A stretch of DNA of 64,000 nucleotides, from contig OZ244960.1 of NCBI GenBank assembly GCA_965222605.1, positions 800,001 to 864,000 of the forward strand. The letters run 5' to 3'. The stretch is from Candidatus Latescibacterota bacterium (GTDB lineage Bacteria; Latescibacterota; UBA2968). Below the pieces are notes generated by a model. That model made no database searches. It was given only the letters and a program-made list of their open reading frames with translations, and had not been told where the DNA came from. The first letter of the stretch is position 1, and every line of letters starts with the position of its first letter. Positions 8,447-18,362 of this stretch are shown here, one piece after another. A program made the position numbers and the translations under genes.

Positions 8447-9718
8447 CTACTCCGGTTTGACCAGCCGTATTCGACCAGTTAGAAGTTGCTGCATCATTCC
8501 CTGCTTGATAGCACGGGCCTTGTCTTTCCGTTGTTCCAGTTCGGCGATTTCAGCATCCATGTCGGAGAGGACAGCGGCGATAGCTCGTTGTTCATCGATA
8601 ATGGGAATTTTAAAACCCAGTCCACCAAAAGTTTTCTTCGAGACAATGCTTGTTGCTGTTATGCCAGCCTTGGCTAATAGGTATCGCGTGTTGAGTTCGA
8701 ATAGATAGTAGAGAAACTCAGCACTATGAGCATCGTTTGGAATTATCGCATTGATTTGCTGATTACAACTACCCTTGGTCTTGAGAATCGCGTTCTTTCC
8801 GATGCTAGCAATGCATGTAACAAGTACACAATTTGCAGGGAGCATTCTTATCGAATTCAAACCTTCCTGCGTAAGCATCCGCTCAGAAGAAATCATGTCT
8901 CGCTCAGAAGAAATGTCAGTCGGGGTAATCCACGGATATTGTTCACCCCAAAAGGCATCGATATCAGTGCGAGGTGTTGCTCCAGTTACGATATCACCAA
9001 ATTCAGATACTCGTTTCGTCTCCCACTTCCCAATGAACCCCGGTAGGCGGGTCTTACCGGTGAGAAGTTGCTGCATAGCGGCCTGCTTGACGGCTCGCTT
9101 TTTGGCGATCAGTGCCTCCAACGCGCCGAGCAATCCATCCACATCCGACAACGCCTCGGCGATGGCACGTTGTTCAGGCTTTGGGGGTACTGCGATCCAT
9201 ACAGCCGACAGGGTTCGACCATTGGTCAAGGCACGCGTTGTGTATGTTGCATTTGATACTATCTGGGATCTAACTGCTCTAGGCGCAAAACAATACTGTT
9301 TGTAGTAGTCATCAAGTCGCCCATCGCGGGGCCGGGCGCGAAGGATAAAACCACTGAATACGGTATCACTGGGATCGTCGAGCATAACGGATGCAATGCC
9401 AACCTCCTCAACTGTTTCCGATGTACGCGTAAAGAACACATCTCCCAGCCGGACCCCAAAGTTTTTAATCTCCTGGGTACTTAGGTTTACCCGTCCAGAT
9501 AGATCGTCCATCCTAAGCCCCGGACTTTCAAAAACGTCCATGTAGTTGACGATGGGTTTCCCAGTACCGAAGAAATGCTTGGCTTTGTTTAGACCGTTCT
9601 TGAATACAAAGAGATCACCAAGACGCACTGCGTCCCAAGTATTGGGAAGTAAGCCAAGATCCGTCCGCTTGTAACCCATTGACTGCCTTTGGTGGACAGA
9701 AGTTTCATTCATACTCAT
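8447..9718 (-). CDS. hsdS: Type I RM specificity subunit S
   Basis: Two TRDs, each followed by EQRAIA..LSD.D...KQ..MQQLLTG..RL. Confidence 0.95.
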   Translation of the reverse strand: MSMNETSVHQRQSMGYKRTDLGLLPNTWDAVRLGDLFVFKNGLNKAKHFFGTGKPIVNYMDVFESPGLRMDDLSGRVNLSTQEIKNFGVRLGDVFFTRTSETVEEVGIASVMLDDPSDTVFSGFILRARPRDGRLDDYYKQYCFAPRAVRSQIVSNATYTTRALTNGRTLSAVWIAVPPKPEQRAIAEALSDVDGLLGALEALIAKKRAVKQAAMQQLLTGKTRLPGFIGKWETKRVSEFGDIVTGATPRTDIDAFWGEQYPWITPTDISSERDMISSERMLTQEGLNSIRMLPANCVLVTCIASIGKNAILKTKGSCNQQINAIIPNDAHSAEFLYYLFELNTRYLLAKAGITATSIVSKKTFGGLGFKIPIIDEQRAIAAVLSDMDAEIAELEQRKDKARAIKQGMMQQLLTGRIRLVKPE

Positions 9719-9720
9719 AC

Positions 9721-9762
9721 CATCTCTATCTTCTTCAAATACTCCTCAACCTTTGCGCTGAA
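9721..9762 (-). pseudogene. Diverged duplicate of the hsdM 3' end
   Basis: FSAKVEEYLKKIEM vs hsdM LSAKVEGHLKKMGI (10697-10738); 34/42 nt identical by hand count. Confidence 0.75.
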
Positions 9763-9820
9763 CGCTACGGTGAGCCTCGGCGCAGCTTCAATCGCAAATA
9801 GTCCTCCGTCTCCAACTGGA

Positions 9821-10666
9821 CTATCCCTGACACAATTCGGCTATCATCGCCGCATTTTCGCCGAGTTGGTCGTTGAATTTTTGATACATCCCCACCAGCA
9901 GAATATCATTGGGCTTGATATTTTTTAGAGTAAAGTCAAACTCTTCGCGGATCTGATTTTTGGAGTTAATAGCGCGTCCAGCCGCGAGAACTTTGAAAGC
10001 GATGCACGGCTTATCAGTACTGCGAATAATCCGACACATGCGGTCGCGGTGTTCGCGGAGATAAATCTCGCCGAGGGGTTGGTAACCAAATTTCTGTTCA
10101 AAATCTTCGCGTGCGCCCTGCAAATAATACAGCGCAGTCATATAATAGTCGATATCCCAGTCTTCTTCCTCGGCAATCTCAATAATGCGGGGATTGTGTA
10201 CCGACAACCCAACCATAACGCCTGTGTTGCGAATACGCTTGAGAATATCCCGAAGGTGGTCCAGGCGATTCTCCTGAAAGCATCGTCCACCAACACCACT
10301 TCCGTGAGGTGCCATGCCAATGGGATTGTGTTTGGCGGCTTCGTCAATCAGCGAGGGATCGTCATACCAGTATCCACCTCTGCTGAGACAGAAGTAATGA
10401 ATTGCCCCCCCCTCATCCCGGTATCGCTGAAGATCGGCAGCCGAGCGTTCGGTAAGGGTATTTTGCCAGGCGTTAATACCCACTTCTTCAGCGCGGCGCA
10501 AGGTCGCCATAACCTGATCGGAAGTATTGACTTCTTTCTGATGTTCCGAGAGCAACTGATTGAAATGTGCATATCCATAGATCGGATTGTCGCCCATAAT
10601 GAGACGGCTGATCTGATATTGTCCGAATTGAACAGTAGGAAGATTCATCGCATTTGATACAGACAT
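9821..10666 (-). CDS. Hypothetical aldo/keto-reductase-like TIM-barrel protein
   Basis: LPTVQFGQYQISRLIMGDNP, KPCIAFKVLAAGR; RBS AAGGAG. Confidence 0.6.
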   Translation of the reverse strand: MSVSNAMNLPTVQFGQYQISRLIMGDNPIYGYAHFNQLLSEHQKEVNTSDQVMATLRRAEEVGINAWQNTLTERSAADLQRYRDEGGAIHYFCLSRGGYWYDDPSLIDEAAKHNPIGMAPHGSGVGGRCFQENRLDHLRDILKRIRNTGVMVGLSVHNPRIIEIAEEEDWDIDYYMTALYYLQGAREDFEQKFGYQPLGEIYLREHRDRMCRIIRSTDKPCIAFKVLAAGRAINSKNQIREEFDFTLKNIKPNDILLVGMYQKFNDQLGENAAMIAELCQG

Positions 10667-10687
10667 GTTATTGCTCCTTCGCTTTAT

Positions 10688-13111
10688 TTATAGTGCTATC
10701 CCCATCTTCTTCAAATGCCCCTCAACCTTCGCACTCAAATCATCCACCTCCCGCTCCAACTCTGGAAGCGGACGGGCATAGCGCTCATCCAATTCCTTAA
10801 TACGCCCGGTGAGTTGCTGCGTAAGCCGCTGCACCTCTTCCTGAATATCGGCATAGATGCTTGCGAACCACTTGTCCTCAACCACCAGCGTCTTAATCTC
10901 AGTCTCGGTGAGCATCGCATAGCGGGTCAGCACTTTTTGATCTAGCGCGGACTGGTTATCTCTCACGGCCTTGCTCGCCCTGGACTCAATGCCAATCAGA
11001 TCCAGGCAGCGCGTGAGCGCATCTCGTTCTTCGTCACTATCCGGTTCGTCCCGGATAATTTTAAGCCGCGTCGTCACTCCGGTCTTCGTGACCTTGCCTT
11101 TGTCATTGGCGGCGTCCTGCAGCAACCCCTCCTCGCCCGTGTGTTCTTCCACAAATTCCTCCACCCCGCGGGCAGCGGTCTCTTGATCAACTTGTAGTGC
11201 CTCAATCATAGCCTGATCTGCAGCGAAGTAGCGCGCGACGATCAACCCCGGAGGAATCAGATCCATTTTGTATTTATTCCGCTTAATAGTCAAGTCTGGC
11301 GTCTCTTTGATCTTCTTTTCCTTATCCTCAATAATCCCGCGCGGTTTGGCGGCCTCAACCCAGCCGTCGTCGGCAATGAGATACACATCATCCTGCATAA
11401 CCTCGTCCCAATAGTCCATCAGCCGCTGGTAAATATCGTAAGTATCGAGCAATGGCAGATTGATGAAACGCGCGAGCAGGTCTTCCGACAAGGTGTGGAT
11501 AATATCCCTGGGATTAGCACCTGTATCAAGCCCTTTGAGGAGCGGCTCGTGGGTCTCCCGCCAAACATCCAGCAAATCCGAAACCTGCTTCATATAGGAC
11601 TTAAACTCATCGTGATCGAGAATCGCATCCTTCACCGTCTCAACCCGAGCCTCGCTGTATCCCACACGGCCATTACCTACAAATAACGCCTGACGCAATG
11701 AAGGAAAAACCTCCCAATAATCACCGAGCGCGTCAAGATCGCGGTCGGGGATACCACCGTGCAGATGTGCGTCGAGGTCGTGCAAATCTTCCAGGTCACT
11801 GGAGTCTATATAACGTGGGATATTGAGATTATAGTCATTAGCAGGACTGGCGATCTCGGCCACCGGCACCATGCGGGAATAGCGCGGCAACTCAATCTGC
11901 TTGTTGAACACATCAACAATCCGGTGTATATCCTGCGCGCGCAAGCGGTTCTTATTGCCATCCTTGAGGAACCCCTTACTCGCATCAATCATAAAGATAC
12001 CCGTGCGGGCATGTGCATTCTCCTTATCAATGACCAGGATGCACGCGGGAATACCAGTGCCGTAGAACAAATTGGCTGGCAGGCCGATAATGCCCTTAAT
12101 AAGACCGCGCTGGATGAGATTTCTGCGGATATTCGCCTCCTTATTGCCGCGGAACAAGACCCCGTGCGGCATAATGATCGCGCCCTTACCCTTGCTCTTG
12201 AGCGACGTAATGAGGTGCAGGAGGAAGGCGTAGTCGCCATTCTTTGCCGGGGGGATACCGTACGCAAAGCGCCCGTACTCGTCGTGCTCTGGATTGAGGC
12301 CACTGGACCACGCCTTGGCGGAAAAAGGCGGATTGGCGACCGCAAAATCGAAGGTCTTGAGCTTGTCATAAGGATCCTTAAAATACGGAGAGGCCAGCGA
12401 GTTGCCCCTATGCAACTCGGCTGTCTCATGGCCGTGCAAGATCATATTCATTCGCGCGAGCGACCAGGTGGCATTGTCCATCTCCTGCCCATAGATGGTG
12501 ATGCCATTTGGAGTCTCATCCGCGGCCTTGAGCAGCAGCGAGCCAGAGCCGCAGGTCAGATCGTAAATCGTCTCGTCCTGACGAGTGTGCGAGCCGATGC
12601 CGACCACCTTCGCCATAATGCGCGACACCTCAGATGGCGTGTAAAACTGCCCCTTGCTTTTACCGGACTCAGTGGCAAAGTGCATCATCAGGTACTCGTA
12701 CGCATCGCCCAGCAGATCATCGCCCTCGGCTCTATTGGCGCGGAGGTCGAGACCTTCGAATATGGCGACCAACTTCGACAGCCGATCCTGCATCTCCTTA
12801 CCCGAACCGAGCTTGCTCTCGTCATTGAAGTCAGCCTGATCAATGACGCCCTGGAGATCGTTCGCCTCGGCGAGGCGGCTGATAATCTTGTTAATCTTGT
12901 CGCCTATCTCCTTGTCGCCCTTCAACTTCACCATATCGGCGAAACTACCCTCAGCGGGCACTTCAATGAGCGCGTTGGGCTTGTCCGAGATGTATTTCAT
13001 GAACAGCAACGTCAGGACGTAGTCCTTGTATTGCGAGGCGTCCATACCACCACGCAACTCATCGCAGCTTTGCCAGAGTGATGAATAGAGCTGAGATTTT
13101 TTTATAGCCAT
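10688..13111 (-). CDS. hsdM: Type I RM N6-adenine methyltransferase subunit M
   Basis: LWQSCDELRG, GQFYTP, DLTCGSGSLL, catalytic NPPF, YNLNIPRYI. Confidence 0.97.
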   Translation of the reverse strand: MAIKKSQLYSSLWQSCDELRGGMDASQYKDYVLTLLFMKYISDKPNALIEVPAEGSFADMVKLKGDKEIGDKINKIISRLAEANDLQGVIDQADFNDESKLGSGKEMQDRLSKLVAIFEGLDLRANRAEGDDLLGDAYEYLMMHFATESGKSKGQFYTPSEVSRIMAKVVGIGSHTRQDETIYDLTCGSGSLLLKAADETPNGITIYGQEMDNATWSLARMNMILHGHETAELHRGNSLASPYFKDPYDKLKTFDFAVANPPFSAKAWSSGLNPEHDEYGRFAYGIPPAKNGDYAFLLHLITSLKSKGKGAIIMPHGVLFRGNKEANIRRNLIQRGLIKGIIGLPANLFYGTGIPACILVIDKENAHARTGIFMIDASKGFLKDGNKNRLRAQDIHRIVDVFNKQIELPRYSRMVPVAEIASPANDYNLNIPRYIDSSDLEDLHDLDAHLHGGIPDRDLDALGDYWEVFPSLRQALFVGNGRVGYSEARVETVKDAILDHDEFKSYMKQVSDLLDVWRETHEPLLKGLDTGANPRDIIHTLSEDLLARFINLPLLDTYDIYQRLMDYWDEVMQDDVYLIADDGWVEAAKPRGIIEDKEKKIKETPDLTIKRNKYKMDLIPPGLIVARYFAADQAMIEALQVDQETAARGVEEFVEEHTGEEGLLQDAANDKGKVTKTGVTTRLKIIRDEPDSDEERDALTRCLDLIGIESRASKAVRDNQSALDQKVLTRYAMLTETEIKTLVVEDKWFASIYADIQEEVQRLTQQLTGRIKELDERYARPLPELEREVDDLSAKVEGHLKKMGIAL

Positions 13112-13136
13112 TTTTTAGTCCTTTACATCAACCGCC

Positions 13137-14204
13137 TCAATCAAATACGAGCACCGTGCGCGCCACTTTCCCCTGAACCATATCTTCGAACGCCTCATTG
13201 ATCTCGTCCAGAGGGCGAAAGCGCGATACCAACTCATCCAATTTAATCTTCCCCTGCCGATAGAGATCCAGAATCCACAAAAAATCAACGCGGGCGCGAG
13301 CAGCACCGTGCCACGAACCCATAATAGCGCGGTCGCGCAAAAGATCTGCGCCATCGACAGATATATCCTGCCCAGTTGGCTGCACCCCCACCACAATTGC
13401 GGTTCCAGTCGTCCGAACCGACGCGAACGCCTGCCTCACGAGCGCTGGAAAACCAACGACCTCAAACGCATAATCTGCCCCACCTCCTGTAATCTCCATA
13501 ATTCTTTGAACGGGATCTTCCCTATCCGCATTTACGAAATGCGTCGCGCCGAACTGCTCCGCCAACTCCAGCTTATACGGCACCTTATCCACCGCAATAA
13601 TCTTCCCAGCCGTAGCGAGAACACCGCCCTGAATAACATTGAGACCAACGCCCCCACAGCCGAACACAGCCATTGTCGCACCTGCTTCGACCTTCGCGCG
13701 GTTCACCACAGCGCCAATACCCGTAATAACCCCACAACTGATCAGACACGCTATCCGAAGATCTGTATCATCCGGTACCTTCACACACGCATCCGCCAAT
13801 ACAACCGACTGCTCGGTATATGTGGGTCGCCCGTGGTAATAAATCGTCCCATTTTTGGAAATGCGACTCGGCACACCCCCTTGATGAGTTTCACAAAGCG
13901 CCGGGCTGCCCTCGCTGCAATTCCGGCAATAGCCGCACATCGCATCGAGAGAGAGAATAATCTTATCACCAACTTGAACACTGGTCACGCCAGGACCAAC
14001 CTCTCTAACAACACCCGCGCCCTCGTGTCCCATAACCAGGGGGAGTCCGCGAGGCGTGATATGCCCATCTACATAGTGATAATCGCTGTGACAAACCCCT
14101 GCCCCGACAATATCGAGAAGCACTTCTCCCTCATGAGGAGATTCGATATCCACATCTTCAACAGAAACACGGGTATGGGGTTTGTAGAGAATAGCTGCTT
14201 TCAT
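13137..14204 (-). CDS. Zn-dependent alcohol dehydrogenase
   Basis: GVCHSD, GHEGAG, CGYCRNC, GCGGVG; GGAGG RBS before ATG 14204. Confidence 0.93.
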   Translation of the reverse strand: MKAAILYKPHTRVSVEDVDIESPHEGEVLLDIVGAGVCHSDYHYVDGHITPRGLPLVMGHEGAGVVREVGPGVTSVQVGDKIILSLDAMCGYCRNCSEGSPALCETHQGGVPSRISKNGTIYYHGRPTYTEQSVVLADACVKVPDDTDLRIACLISCGVITGIGAVVNRAKVEAGATMAVFGCGGVGLNVIQGGVLATAGKIIAVDKVPYKLELAEQFGATHFVNADREDPVQRIMEITGGGADYAFEVVGFPALVRQAFASVRTTGTAIVVGVQPTGQDISVDGADLLRDRAIMGSWHGAARARVDFLWILDLYRQGKIKLDELVSRFRPLDEINEAFEDMVQGKVARTVLVFD

Positions 14205-14217
14205 TTTTCCTCCTATG

Positions 14218-15546
14218 CTAAAATGCAAGAGAATCCAGCGGATCCATATCCCGCTCCAAAAGTGCCCCCCATGCGAGCAATTCTTCATCGCAGTGAAACG
14301 GAGCGACAAACTGAATCCCCAGAGGCATCCCCGAATCGGACGCTCGTCCCGCAGGCAAAGCGATCACCGACATCCCCGTATGGGTCCACGGCAGGTTCAT
14401 ACAGGGATCCCCCGTACTCGCTAGACCTTTCAGAGCCGCGCCCGTCGCCGACGGACAGGCAAGGAGATCAATCCCCTCTGCCTTCATCAAAGACTCGACC
14501 TCTTCGCGCAACTCTATGCGACCAATTCGACCCGCATCGATCTCGGATTGCGAAAGCGCGCGCCCCTCCTCGACCAGCGCGCGCGTACCCGCATCGTAAG
14601 TCGAAGCGTATTTGTCGAACCACGGCGCGTGAACCTCTGCCATCTCCCCCTTCATCATATTGCGGTGTCGATCATCGATATCGGCAATATCGTCGAACAT
14701 CCGCACTTCCACGACATTGTACTCAGCCGCTCGCAGAGCCTGTACCTGCGCGTCGAAATCCACCCGCGCCTGTGGCTCTGTTTGATCCAAATACGGACCC
14801 ACGGGTATTCCCAACGTCGGCTTTTCCGACCTCGTAACAGAAGCACGCCATCCGCTACACAAAACAGCGGCTGCCATCTCCGTACCCGCGACATCCTGCG
14901 TGAACATCCCAATCGTATCGACTGACGGAGAGCAGTGAACAAATCCGGAAATATCGATACGCCCATAACTCGGCTTAAAGCCGACAATCCCGCAAAACGC
15001 AGCCGGACGGATAACCGAACCAATAGTCTGCGAACCGAGCGCAAGAGGACAATACCCGGCCGCCACCGCCGCAGCCGAACCACTACTCGACCCACCGGGC
15101 GTAAAACTCAGGTCCCGTGGATTGCGCGTTGGCCCCGGCTTAAAACACGCGAACTCCGTCGTAACCGCTTTGCCGAGAACGAGCGCACCCGCCTCCCGCA
15201 ACGCCTTTAAGCACCCGCCTTCGGCTCCTGTAAGAACCTCTGGCGGCACACCAGAACCCGCCCGCGTCTCGAATCCCTCAACATGAAAAATATCCTTGAC
15301 CGCAACCAACACGCCGAACAGCGGCGGAATCTCACCACTCGCAGCAGTCAGCCCAACAGCATCATCCAACAGACGCTGCACGCGATTCGCTTCCGGCAAC
15401 ATGGCCCGGATATCCCCATCCCATTCCTCTATGCGTTTGCAGCAAGTAGAGACGTACTCCTCCAAATCCCACTGTCCAGAACGCAACTCAGCGGCGATTT
15501 GAGCCAGCGGATGCGCCGCTACTTTTTGAGTGGTCCTCATTTGCAT
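14218..15546 (-). CDS. Amidase signature family protein
   Basis: VAVKD, PGGSSSGSAAAVA, GSQTIGSVIRPA; RBS GGAGG before ATG 15546. Confidence 0.93.
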   Translation of the reverse strand: MQMRTTQKVAAHPLAQIAAELRSGQWDLEEYVSTCCKRIEEWDGDIRAMLPEANRVQRLLDDAVGLTAASGEIPPLFGVLVAVKDIFHVEGFETRAGSGVPPEVLTGAEGGCLKALREAGALVLGKAVTTEFACFKPGPTRNPRDLSFTPGGSSSGSAAAVAAGYCPLALGSQTIGSVIRPAAFCGIVGFKPSYGRIDISGFVHCSPSVDTIGMFTQDVAGTEMAAAVLCSGWRASVTRSEKPTLGIPVGPYLDQTEPQARVDFDAQVQALRAAEYNVVEVRMFDDIADIDDRHRNMMKGEMAEVHAPWFDKYASTYDAGTRALVEEGRALSQSEIDAGRIGRIELREEVESLMKAEGIDLLACPSATGAALKGLASTGDPCMNLPWTHTGMSVIALPAGRASDSGMPLGIQFVAPFHCDEELLAWGALLERDMDPLDSLAF

Positions 15547-15559
15547 AATCCTCCCAAAA

Positions 15560-17491
15560 TCACCAACCGTTAATCTTATGGCCCTGACCGGGAAACCAGA
15601 TAAAATCCACAATTGCACCGCAGGCAATAGCCGCCAAAAAACCGACCATGAACCCCATAAAAAGCGGCGTATTGCGCCGGTAACTCTCAAGACCGCCAAA
15701 GCGCAAAATCAATGTCTTGCACAACCACACAATAAAAATCGACGAAATACCACTGCGCAAAACATCGGATGCTGAAATCGCAAAACCGATGGGATGCAGC
15801 GCAATCCCCGGAAAACGGTAGCGAAGCGCGTACAAACCCAGTGTAAAAATCGCACCAAACCCCAGCCACCCCAAACGCATCCAGTCCGTCCCTAACGCAT
15901 TATCCCGAATGCGGTTGGCCGTCAGAAGCCACACCCCAATCCCCCCATCGCCCGAGCCATTAAAACTCACGCTACCAAAATTATAACTGCCCACCGTGTA
16001 ATTGCCCTGATAAATGATAAACACAAAAACCGCCAGCGCGCCAGCGATAAACGCCATGCCCACAGCAGGCGGCACAAGCCTCCGACCGCTGTGACCCATT
16101 GCCTGCCCAAGCCGCGGAATATGCGCCAGCGTTGTCACGCCAATCGTCTTCGCATCGGCGAAAAACGTGTACGCCAGACCGAGCGCCATCGCATTCATCG
16201 GCCCAATACCCGTTATCCCCAAAATATGCCAGGTAAAAGCCTGTGCGGTAATCGGCGTTCGCAAATAAATCAGACCAGTCTCCACAATAATGCGCGCCAG
16301 ACCGATATAAAGCACCAGCGTCGCCCCCCAAAAAGCCAGTGCAGCCCACCCCGAAAGCCCGAGTTCCCAGAAAAACAACACACTGAACAGAACACAAGCT
16401 ATAAAAACAAACACCGCCGTGCGATACGAAAAAAGCTCACCCGAATCATCCACATCGCCCCCGCGCGCAGTAAACGCCTTCCGAAAAACCGCAGACAGAT
16501 GATCCCGCGCAACCCACAGCCCCCATAATACAAATGCCAGCAAGCCACCAAAACTCTGCCATCCCACAGCTGGATGATAAGAACACCACGGATCAGGCGA
16601 CCCCATCTCAAATCCCAAACGGTTCATCAGCCCCACTTGCAGCACCATCACCAGATGAAAAAACCAGATGCTGAACAGCACATTGGACTCCGTAAAATAA
16701 CCAAACGCAATCGTCATAGGATTCGTCTTAAACCGCAGATATGGAAATCCTTCGCCAATGAAAATTTGCCGATCAATATTGGCCTGAAGCGGCGGAATCA
16801 ACTCGGTAAACCAGGAAACAATATCCCATGCAAACAGACAAAAAACGACAAAAAACCCGATCTTGAAACGCGGATTGCGCAACAGATCCATCAGCGTGCC
16901 CCGTTGCCCGTGTTCCCCGGTGAGTTCCAACAGGCCTGCAGCCAGAGGAAAAGGCAAACGCTCGTAATCCATCCACTGCCGCCGAAAGACCACCATAAGA
17001 CACAAATTGGCAGCAAAAAACGCTAAAAAGAAACACCCCCACCAGAAAAGAGGAACGATCCAACTCCCCCACGGAAAAGCCGTCCCTGCCGGCAAACCCT
17101 CGTAAAAAGCAACCGCGGCGTTGTGATCGGAAACAACAGACCAATCGGACAAACGCGTAAGCAGTGTATCTGCCCAGCCATTTTCGGGAGAGGCAAAATA
17201 GATCGGTGCCGTGATCACGCCGAGAAAATATCCCGCAAGCCACTCGCCCTGCGTCAAAGCAGAAACCATCCCCATCGAAGCGATGAGAATAAGCTCAGAA
17301 GGCGTAAGCCCCTTACTTTTGCGAGAAAAATGGAGATTGATCAACAGCAATAAGAGAAAAGGAAGGAGAATTGCAACGGAGAGATGCGCGTAATCTGCAC
17401 GCGCAGATTGGAGGATATACGTGGTATAAGAAGGCCATAAACTAACGAGGACAGAGATGAACAACCCGATGAGAAAGGCGCGTACCGTCAT
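15560..17491 (-). CDS. Multi-pass membrane protein, DUF6785/DUF6784 (OPT-transporter-like)
   Basis: Many TM helices; FRRQW.D.ERLPFPL; ALHPIGF. Confidence 0.7.
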   Translation of the reverse strand: MTVRAFLIGLFISVLVSLWPSYTTYILQSARADYAHLSVAILLPFLLLLLINLHFSRKSKGLTPSELILIASMGMVSALTQGEWLAGYFLGVITAPIYFASPENGWADTLLTRLSDWSVVSDHNAAVAFYEGLPAGTAFPWGSWIVPLFWWGCFFLAFFAANLCLMVVFRRQWMDYERLPFPLAAGLLELTGEHGQRGTLMDLLRNPRFKIGFFVVFCLFAWDIVSWFTELIPPLQANIDRQIFIGEGFPYLRFKTNPMTIAFGYFTESNVLFSIWFFHLVMVLQVGLMNRLGFEMGSPDPWCSYHPAVGWQSFGGLLAFVLWGLWVARDHLSAVFRKAFTARGGDVDDSGELFSYRTAVFVFIACVLFSVLFFWELGLSGWAALAFWGATLVLYIGLARIIVETGLIYLRTPITAQAFTWHILGITGIGPMNAMALGLAYTFFADAKTIGVTTLAHIPRLGQAMGHSGRRLVPPAVGMAFIAGALAVFVFIIYQGNYTVGSYNFGSVSFNGSGDGGIGVWLLTANRIRDNALGTDWMRLGWLGFGAIFTLGLYALRYRFPGIALHPIGFAISASDVLRSGISSIFIVWLCKTLILRFGGLESYRRNTPLFMGFMVGFLAAIACGAIVDFIWFPGQGHKINGW

Positions 17492-17500
17492 AAAGCATCC

Positions 17501-18306
17501 TCACTCGCCAATAAAAAATGTCACAGTCTTCTCAGCGGTTTGCCCGGTATTCAAATCAGTAATCGCGACCGCAATTTCATAGCGCCCCGGTTTTGACTCG
17601 CCCGGGTCAATCTCCAGATAATTGTACTCGTCAGACACTGTGCCCGTCCGCTCATAAGAAATCGTACGCTCCTTTACCCGCACGACCTCCGCATCTGTCT
17701 CAAATCGGATATCCGACCTTTTACTCACATGCGCGGGTTCGCCATAACGGATATACACATCGCCGCGCCTGTCCCATTTCCGTCCATCTTTTGAAAAATT
17801 TTGCATCCTCGCGATATGTGGGAAATTCCCGCTGACAGATCGCTAAACGCGAGCTGCCCCGTCTTATACTCGGGCACCACAATGGGAAACACCGCCCGTC
17901 CCTGGCGGTCATTGCCCACGGCTTTGACTTCCAGAACCGCGTGATAATACCCCACTGGAACCTGAAATCGCGCGATATCATAGACAAAATGTTCTGGATC
18001 GTCGATCCGCTCAGCAGAAGAAAATACGCGTTCCCCCTCTATCCTCTTGACCGAATTGCCATCCTCATCGAACAACTCGAGACGCGGGACATAACGCGCA
18101 ACAAAGAGACTATCGCCCTGTGCATCAAATGCGAGATGCGCCGCGGGAAAACGGATGACAACCTCTTCATAAGGACCATCATCTCCGCGGAAGCTACATG
18201 CATCGACTTCGAGCGCAAGACTACCCTCTGAAGATACCCATCCCTCTTCAGCGGTCGCCCGCAATGGGAGAAACACGAAAAATATGAAAAGAATTAAAAA
18301 GCGCAT
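17501..18306 (-). pseudogene. GWxTD-domain secreted protein with internal deletions and frameshift
   Basis: Signal peptide and N-terminal domain in 17725..18306; WDRRGDVYIRYGEP then directly the C-terminal PGRYEIAVAITDLNTG in 17501..17806. Confidence 0.65.
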
Positions 18307-18331
18307 AGCCCCTACATCTACCTTATCTGAC

Positions 18332-18359
18332 GGGCGGGCACAGAGGCACCGCCCCTACA
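18332..18359 (-). repeat. GTAG-type REP-like element
   Basis: Minus strand TGTAGGGGCGGTGCCTCTGTGCCCGCCC, imperfect palindrome after GTAG; partial copy at 18308-18316. Confidence 0.5.
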
Positions 18360-18362
18360 TTT

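Noticed and set aside
8447-9718. hsdS shufflon/invertible locus
   Set aside because: Only one hsdS; no recombinase or inverted silent TRDs seen
11759-13081. 440-aa plus-strand ORF
   Set aside because: Antisense shadow of hsdM
13308-14837. 509-aa plus-strand ORF
   Set aside because: Lies opposite the well-supported ADH and amidase genes; low-complexity Pro/Arg/His composition
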